Of a stretch of DNA of 24,000 bases, positions 18,734-24,000 are shown one piece after another. Every line of letters starts with the position of its first letter. Position 1 is the stretch's first letter. The stretch is from Patescibacteria group bacterium UBA4664 (lineage in GTDB: Bacteria; Patescibacteriota; Saccharimonadia; CAILAD01; BJGX01): assembly GCA_943354915.1 (NCBI GenBank), contig CALRDO010000005.1:3896-27895 (forward strand). The letters run 5' to 3'. The position numbers and the translations under genes are program-made. Under the pieces are notes generated by a model. The model had not been told where the DNA came from. It saw nothing but the letters and a program-made list of their open reading frames with translations, and searched no databases.

Positions 18734-20704
18734 ATGGGAGCAGAAGAAATTTTTACAAGACATCTTCAAGTAAATCACCGCCCTAAGCATTCGGCAAAAA
18801 TAGTAGCTGAATCATTTGCTGTTGGGTTTGAACCCACGTCCTTAGCTAACTCTGAGCTTGGAAACCTGTACCTACTATTTGAAAATCTTCCCGATGACTA
18901 CCGGATGAATATTAACAAATTTTTAGATGGTTGCGGTAAAGCCTTTTACGAAAGTGGTGTCCAGGTTAGCTTCCATGGCAGGTTCAAAATATGCTTAAGA
19001 GCCCTCAATGAACTAATCAGCAAATCAAAAAGCAGGTGCAATATAGGTCTCGTTGCGGTCCAGGCTGATAAGATGCTGTTTGCAAGCGTTGGTGAGCCAA
19101 CAATGATCCATCTCCGTAAAGACAAGGCTACTAGCCTTGCCGAGGAAAGCCCTGGAACATTATTCAAAGAGATTGGCTCAGGCACAGTACAAACTGGTGA
19201 CATCATATTGCTAGCTAGCAAAGCAGTATCAACCAGCTTCACCTTGCCAGAACTAGGTAAAATTATTGCCTATCAAGCTATTGAGGATTCGAAAAATGAG
19301 ATAGTCAAATCTCTAAAACTACCAACCAATATACCCTATAGCATGGTCATCGTGCAGGCCGAAAAACTACCAATTCCAAAAGACCTCCTACGAAGAACAC
19401 CAGAAAATCTACCCAAGAAATCTAAAACAAAAATCAGCCATATCCTAGAATCATTACAGGCTACCAGCCAAAAAGGTGGCAAAAAAATCAAAGAAGGGCT
19501 TAAAAAGTCGGCTTCACAAACAAAAACCAAAGTCCTACCGTCAATTTTATCTAAATCCAAAAGTGGCTGGACTAAATTCTGGTCGAAATACATTAACCCT
19601 AAGCCTAAACAAGCTTTTATTGTTGTAATAATATCTATAATAATCATTGGTGGATTTATCTGGTGGTCTCCTTTATTCTCAAGCCAAACCCCCGCACTAA
19701 GGCAACTTGACGATGCAATTACCCTCATAACAGCTGCTGAAGCATCGCTAGAAAAAAATAACCAACAAGCCGTACAAGAAAACATCAACAGAGCTAAACA
19801 GATACTAACTGGTATTAGTAAGACAGACCAGGAAAAACTTAACCTGTTAGCCCTAAATAAAAAAATAAAACAGGGATACTCTGATGCTCAGAGTAGCTTA
19901 AGTAAGCTTGAAGATAAGATAACAAGCACAACTAGGATTAAACTTGCCAATGGTTTTGATATTACACAGGCTAGCCTAAGGGATATCCTTTGGGCTAATA
20001 ATAGTTTATATGGGCTAGATGCGTCTGCGGGAGCTATTATAGAAATTAACCCCTTAATGGGAGCTCCCGCATCCAGAGCAACTAATGCTGATTTAATAAA
20101 TGCAAAGGCGATTGCCAACCTCGGAGATACTGGCCTAGTAGCACTAGGATCAAGCAGCTTATGGCAATATACTGTTCCATCTGGCTTACAACAGCTCGCG
20201 GCGCCTTCAGATGGTGCCATAGATATCGCAACATACTTTAATAATTTATACCTCCTAAGCCCTAGCGAAGCACAGGTCATAAGGTATGTTAAGGCTGGCT
20301 TAACATTAACTTCTAAAGCCAGACTCCTTAAAAATCAATCGGCCGGTAGTCTATCTGGCGCTAGCTCGTTCGTTGTAAGTGGCAACATCTTTATTACTGA
20401 GGGCAAAAAGATTAAAGTCTTCGATCAGGGCTCTGAACAGAGCTATGATATTAATAATTTGCCAGATAGCTTTGGTGACATTAAAGATAGTTACCTCAAT
20501 ACCGAGTTAGGGTACTTTGTATTGCTAAACAAAGATTCCAATAGGCTGGCGTTGCTCAATACCTCCTCCGATTCGGCTAATTTTGTAAGGCTTTATGCCT
20601 TAGAAAATAATGCACCAATTTATGCCTTTACCATAGAGCCTAGTAGTAGCCAATTATTTATAAATACAGATAATAAAATTATCACTTACAAGATAGAAAA
20701 ATAG
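18734..20704 (+). CDS. Hypothetical bitopic membrane protein: cytoplasmic N-domain, one TM helix, an extracytoplasmic coiled-coil and a beta-propeller-like repeat region
   Basis: 656-aa ORF. A Lys-rich linker is followed by a TM helix (FIVVIISIIIIGGFIWW, near residue 300) and a coiled-coil segment. Repeated beta-strand-like units follow (NSLYGLDASAGAIIEIN, NNLYLLSPSEAQVIRYV, GNIFITEGKKIKVFD, GYFVLLNKDSNRLALLN, SQLFINTDNKIITYKI). Confidence 0.6.
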   Translation: MGAEEIFTRHLQVNHRPKHSAKIVAESFAVGFEPTSLANSELGNLYLLFENLPDDYRMNINKFLDGCGKAFYESGVQVSFHGRFKICLRALNELISKSKSRCNIGLVAVQADKMLFASVGEPTMIHLRKDKATSLAEESPGTLFKEIGSGTVQTGDIILLASKAVSTSFTLPELGKIIAYQAIEDSKNEIVKSLKLPTNIPYSMVIVQAEKLPIPKDLLRRTPENLPKKSKTKISHILESLQATSQKGGKKIKEGLKKSASQTKTKVLPSILSKSKSGWTKFWSKYINPKPKQAFIVVIISIIIIGGFIWWSPLFSSQTPALRQLDDAITLITAAEASLEKNNQQAVQENINRAKQILTGISKTDQEKLNLLALNKKIKQGYSDAQSSLSKLEDKITSTTRIKLANGFDITQASLRDILWANNSLYGLDASAGAIIEINPLMGAPASRATNADLINAKAIANLGDTGLVALGSSSLWQYTVPSGLQQLAAPSDGAIDIATYFNNLYLLSPSEAQVIRYVKAGLTLTSKARLLKNQSAGSLSGASSFVVSGNIFITEGKKIKVFDQGSEQSYDINNLPDSFGDIKDSYLNTELGYFVLLNKDSNRLALLNTSSDSANFVRLYALENNAPIYAFTIEPSSSQLFINTDNKIITYKIEK

Positions 20705-20738
20705 TTGCTTTATTTACTACACCTCATTTGAGAAAAAC

Positions 20739-22367
20739 CTACATTTTTTGCAGTAAATCAACGCCAAGAATAGCGAATAGAGACTGGTAAGCAAGCATAA
20801 AGTGCTCGATAAGCCTAAGTTTTTGAGAAGCGTTAGCGTCCCCTAACACTTTCTCGAGCTCATAGTATTCGTGAAAGGCCTTCGCCACTGCGACAGTCTG
20901 GTGTAGTAACTGATGAACCTTATGGCTATCGATAATTTCCTGTAATACCTCCTCTATTTTAGATAGCTCTAACAATAAATGTTGCTCAGCCTTAGTAAGA
21001 TTATAGCCTTCAAAGCTTTTAGATGAGCTAATGCCCTGTTCCTGAGCTTTTTTAACTATGGCGCAGGCCCTAGCGTAGGCATAAAGCGAATAATAAACTG
21101 GATTTTTAGCTGAGTGTTCTTTGACTAGATCAATATCGAAATCCATATGTGTATTCGTATCGCGCATAGCGAAATAAAACCGCGCTACTTCGGTAGGGAT
21201 CTCATCAAGGAAATCATCTAGAAGTATATAATTACCCTTGCGCTTGCTCATTTTAAACTCCTTGCCATCCTTAATGAGCCTAATGGTCTGAGTAGAAATC
21301 TCTATAAAGCTACTCAGGCCAAGCGCCCTAAGGGTATTCACAAGCCTAATAGCCTGCCCGTGGTGGTCTGGGCCGACTATTGTAATGGTTTTATCAAAGC
21401 CTCTCTCTTCTAGGCGCTCAAGCTGGTAAGCAACGTCCTTTAGGAAGTAGCTATAGCCATTATCGTAAGACCTTACCAGTACTTCGTCTTGCTTAAGCCC
21501 AACATCAGCCCCTTTCAGCCAGATAGCGCCATCTTTTTTACGAACTAAGCCGGCCTCTTTAAGCCTGTTGAGTGTCTTCTTAATATCTGGCTTACTTTCT
21601 GAATAGATAGAATCAAAATTTACTCCAAGGCGAACTAAACCTGGTTTTATATAGCTTTCCAGTATCATGGCAGCAGCTCTAGCGCCAATATCGGCTGGCT
21701 CGGATTCCTTAACCTTATCAACTGCGCCCATTTTTGTTGTAATTACTTCAGCAATATTATCAATATATTCGCCTCTGTACAGGTTAGTAGCTATCTCTTT
21801 ATCAAATTTAACACCAAGCGCCTGCTGAACCGCCCTACCTAGCGCGATTACTTGGTTACCGCCATCATTAAGGTAGTATTCACGGCTAACTCTATAGCCT
21901 TGTGATGCATAGATATTGGATAGAATGTCTCCGTAATAGCCCTGCCAAGCATTAGTTAGCACTAACGGCCCAGAAGGATTGGCAGAAATAAACTCTAATT
22001 GAATTGACTGAGCCTTGTGGGTCTTGGCCGTGGCAAACTTAGCATCAATGGAATCTGCATAATTTAACCAGATCTTATCTGATAAGCTAACATTAATAAA
22101 CCCAGGCTGTAAAAATTCAGCTTTTTTAATGTTTTTATCGCGGGCTAGGCCAGCAACGATACTTTCCGCTACTTCTGATGGGCTCTTCCCCTCTAGCTTA
22201 GAAAGAATAAAAGCTATATTCGTGCTATACTGCCCAAATTTAGGGTCACAATGGCTAATGCTGTGAATGATATCTGATCCACTAAGTGAATTAAAAGTAT
22301 TAGTAATGATAGCGGTCAAACTTTTGGTGAAAATTGCTTTAGGGTTTTGTTGCATATTACTTATCAT
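20739..22367 (-). CDS. argS: Arginine--tRNA ligase (atypical HIGH region)
   Basis: EFISANPSGPL...GD...REYYLNDGGNQ matches the ArgRS catalytic core. FKMSKRKGNYILLDDFLDE is the KMSK region. A DALR-type C-terminal domain ends in ...LLQKM. The ORF track starts at a GTG (22442), which would overlap smpB. I prefer the ATG at 22367 (MISNMQQ...) or the one at 22355. Confidence 0.88.
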   Translation of the reverse strand: MISNMQQNPKAIFTKSLTAIITNTFNSLSGSDIIHSISHCDPKFGQYSTNIAFILSKLEGKSPSEVAESIVAGLARDKNIKKAEFLQPGFINVSLSDKIWLNYADSIDAKFATAKTHKAQSIQLEFISANPSGPLVLTNAWQGYYGDILSNIYASQGYRVSREYYLNDGGNQVIALGRAVQQALGVKFDKEIATNLYRGEYIDNIAEVITTKMGAVDKVKESEPADIGARAAAMILESYIKPGLVRLGVNFDSIYSESKPDIKKTLNRLKEAGLVRKKDGAIWLKGADVGLKQDEVLVRSYDNGYSYFLKDVAYQLERLEERGFDKTITIVGPDHHGQAIRLVNTLRALGLSSFIEISTQTIRLIKDGKEFKMSKRKGNYILLDDFLDEIPTEVARFYFAMRDTNTHMDFDIDLVKEHSAKNPVYYSLYAYARACAIVKKAQEQGISSSKSFEGYNLTKAEQHLLLELSKIEEVLQEIIDSHKVHQLLHQTVAVAKAFHEYYELEKVLGDANASQKLRLIEHFMLAYQSLFAILGVDLLQKM

Positions 22368-22406
22368 TATATCCCAAGAGCACCTATTTGAGCTATAATC
22401 TAAGCT

Positions 22407-22853
22407 ATGAAGATTATTGCAACCAACAGACGCGCTCGACACGACTACGAACTCAAAGAAAAATTTGAGGCTGGTTTAGTGTTAACTGGATCCGAGGTTA
22501 AAAGTATCAAGGCTGGGCATATTGCCCTCAAAGGTAGCTACATATCGATCCGAAACAACGAAGCTTATCTGGTAAAGGCTCATGTTAGCCCCTACAAGCA
22601 GGCCAGTAATCTTGCCGAATATAACCCTGAAGCTGACAGAAAACTATTGCTACACAAAAAAGAACTACTAAAAATCATCGAAAGTGGTACTGCCGAGCAC
22701 TTAAGTGTGGTTCCGACCGCAATCGGACTCGTACGGGGCCGCGTGAAGCTTGAAATAGCCCTAGCTCGTGGCAAAAAGCTACATGATAAAAGAGAAACTA
22801 AAAAGCGCCAATCAATGCTCAAGGATGCCCGCCTTGATGGTGGTAATAAATAA
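22407..22853 (+). CDS. smpB: SsrA-binding protein SmpB
   Basis: 148-aa ORF with SmpB family motifs throughout: NRRARHDYEL, EAGLVLTGSEVKSIK, NPEADRKLLLHKKEL, GRVKLEIALARGKKLHDKRE. TATAAT (22394-22399) lies 7 nt upstream of the ATG. Confidence 0.93.
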   Translation: MKIIATNRRARHDYELKEKFEAGLVLTGSEVKSIKAGHIALKGSYISIRNNEAYLVKAHVSPYKQASNLAEYNPEADRKLLLHKKELLKIIESGTAEHLSVVPTAIGLVRGRVKLEIALARGKKLHDKRETKKRQSMLKDARLDGGNK

Positions 22854-22969
22854 AATATTTATTCAAAAATATTTTATTTTCTATCTGTAAAAGTACTAAT
22901 AATGCACATATATAAAATGCTAACACACATTATATATGTAGTAGTATTTAAGCCTTTAGGCTAAAAATC

Positions 22970-22998
22970 TTGCAAGAAACCCCTAATCAGCTTATGCT
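22970..22998 (+). promoter_or_regulatory. Candidate promoter for the aldolase gene (leaderless configuration)
   Basis: TTGCAA (22970-22975), a 17-nt spacer, then TATGCT (22993-22998). Only 6 nt separate the -10 from the ATG at 23005. No Shine-Dalgarno sequence is present. Confidence 0.3.
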
Positions 22999-23004
22999 TG
23001 ATAT

Positions 23005-24000
23005 ATGAACCAATCACTCTCTTCCCTAGCGATGCAGCTAATGGCTAGCCCTAAAGGGCTTTTGGCAGCTGACGAAAGCGACAAAACATGCTCAAAGCGT
23101 TTTGATGCCCTAAAAATTATTAGCACAAAGGAATCTAGGCGCCAGTGGCGTCAATTATTATGTATGTCGCCCAATGTTGGCTTGTACATTTCTGGCGTAA
23201 TACTTTTCGATGAGACAATTCGCCAAAAAACCGATAGCGGACAAAGCTTTGCAGAAGCCTTAATTAAGCAAGGTATACTCCCAGGTATCAAGGTCGATAA
23301 GGGCTTAGTTGAGATGGATAATTTTGCTCCCCAGACCATAACCGAAGGATTAGATGGATTATCCGAACGACTACAAGAATATTACCAGATGGGGGCTCGC
23401 TTCACTAAATGGCGCAGTGCTTTTACTATTGGCTCCGACTTACCCTCTCCGGCTGTTGTTAGGGCTAATCTAGTAGTTATGGCGCGCTACGCTTCAATAG
23501 TGCAATCAGCCAAAATGGTACCTATTGTAGAGCCCGAGCTAATCTACGACGGCGAACATAGCATAGCTGAATCAGCCAGAGCTACGGAGTTGGTCTTAAA
23601 AATATTATTTGAAGAATTAAAAGCCCTAAGAGTTGATCTATCAGGTTTAATACTCAAAACTAGCATGGTTCTAGCTGGCACGGAAACTGCTATTAGTAAA
23701 CCCAAGGAAGTTGCTGGGCTTACTTTGCGGGTGCTGCATGCAGCCGTACCAAGAGAAGTCGCCGGTATCGTATTCTTATCTGGTGGGCAGACCTCCCAGC
23801 AGGCTACTAAAAACCTCAATGCTATCGGCGTAGCAGGCTCTCAGCCCTGGCCAATTACCTACAGCTATTCCAGGGCGGTTCAAGACCCTGTATTGAAGCT
23901 ATGGCGCGGGAAAAATACAAATACTAAAAAAGCCCAAATTAAATTCGCCCAATTGTTGGCTCAAAATAGTGCCGCCCGCGGTGGCGAGTTCGCTGAGTAA
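23005..24000 (+). CDS. Fructose-bisphosphate aldolase, class I (Schiff-base, eukaryote-type glycolytic family)
   Basis: 331-aa ORF. The motifs KGLLAADESDKTCSKRF, PIVEPELIYDG, LILKTSMV (the Schiff-base Lys context, cf. LLKPNMV), VFLSGGQ and YSYSRA fit class I FBA. The stop codon is at 23998-24000. Confidence 0.9.
   Translation: MNQSLSSLAMQLMASPKGLLAADESDKTCSKRFDALKIISTKESRRQWRQLLCMSPNVGLYISGVILFDETIRQKTDSGQSFAEALIKQGILPGIKVDKGLVEMDNFAPQTITEGLDGLSERLQEYYQMGARFTKWRSAFTIGSDLPSPAVVRANLVVMARYASIVQSAKMVPIVEPELIYDGEHSIAESARATELVLKILFEELKALRVDLSGLILKTSMVLAGTETAISKPKEVAGLTLRVLHAAVPREVAGIVFLSGGQTSQQATKNLNAIGVAGSQPWPITYSYSRAVQDPVLKLWRGKNTNTKKAQIKFAQLLAQNSAARGGEFAE

Noticed and set aside
18946-20280. Minus-strand ORFs inside the 656-aa gene (18946-19242, 19336-19788, 19888-20280).
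   Set aside because: They are antisense to the longer plus-strand ORF, which has a promoter, an SD-like element and coherent TM and repeat architecture. None has its own expression signals.
20705-20738. Looked for a bidirectional terminator in the 34-nt convergent gap between the 656-aa gene and argS.
   Set aside because: I found only a 7-nt repeat (ATTTACT / AGTAAAT) whose right arm lies inside argS, plus a 4-bp stem. There is no convincing hairpin with a U-tract.
22368-22442. N-terminal extension of argS from a GTG at 22442 (MSSASVGCNNLHSLDYSSNRCSWDI...).
   Set aside because: It overlaps the smpB start on the opposite strand, is Cys/Ser-rich and unlike ArgRS N-termini, and would remove all promoter space. 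An internal ATG at 22367 or 22355 is preferred.
22848-22879. A/U-only 12-bp hairpin (AAATAAAATATT / AATATTTTATTT) overlapping the smpB stop codon, considered as a terminator.
   Set aside because: The stem has no G-C pairs and the U-tract is part of the stem itself. Such palindromes are common in A/T-rich spacers. It is too weak to report as a feature.

Overview
The window is a compact, mostly housekeeping chromosomal segment. It looks moderately AT-rich by eye, uses the standard genetic code, and has 15 of 18 genes on the minus strand. I saw no transposase, integrase, CRISPR array, rRNA or tRNA.

Gene order, left to right:
- gyrA (5' part, runs off the left edge and is missing from the ORF track) and gyrB
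- a membrane-anchored TraG/VirD4-like P-loop ATPase with a small upstream ORF
- an L,D-transpeptidase
- pheT, pheS and a small 4-TM protein
- a roughly 1 kb non-coding gap
- trpS and rmuC
- a small membrane protein
- a DUF45/SprT-like HExxH protein, translationally coupled to a UvrD-type helicase with a C-terminal RecB-type nuclease
- a divergent 656-aa membrane protein
- argS (minus), then smpB and a class I fructose-bisphosphate aldolase (plus)

The gene content and many small membrane ORFs suggest a reduced-genome bacterium, possibly Patescibacteria/CPR. That is inference only.

Most interesting observations:
1. An unclassified RNA candidate of about 400-500 nt lies downstream of trpS. It is densely structured, has its own extended -10 promoter and a strong intrinsic terminator, and lacks the hallmarks of tmRNA, RNase P, SRP RNA or a T-box.
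2. PheT carries an insertion of roughly 105-120 aa that reads like an NlpC/P60 domain with all three catalytic residues replaced.
3. ArgRS has VLTN in place of its HIGH signature while keeping a canonical KMSK.
4. -10 hexamers recur 6-9 nt upstream of start codons, implying leaderless mRNAs.
5. The helicase-nuclease plus zincin pair may be a DNA-protein crosslink repair module.

All family assignments come from motif recognition by eye. No database search was possible.
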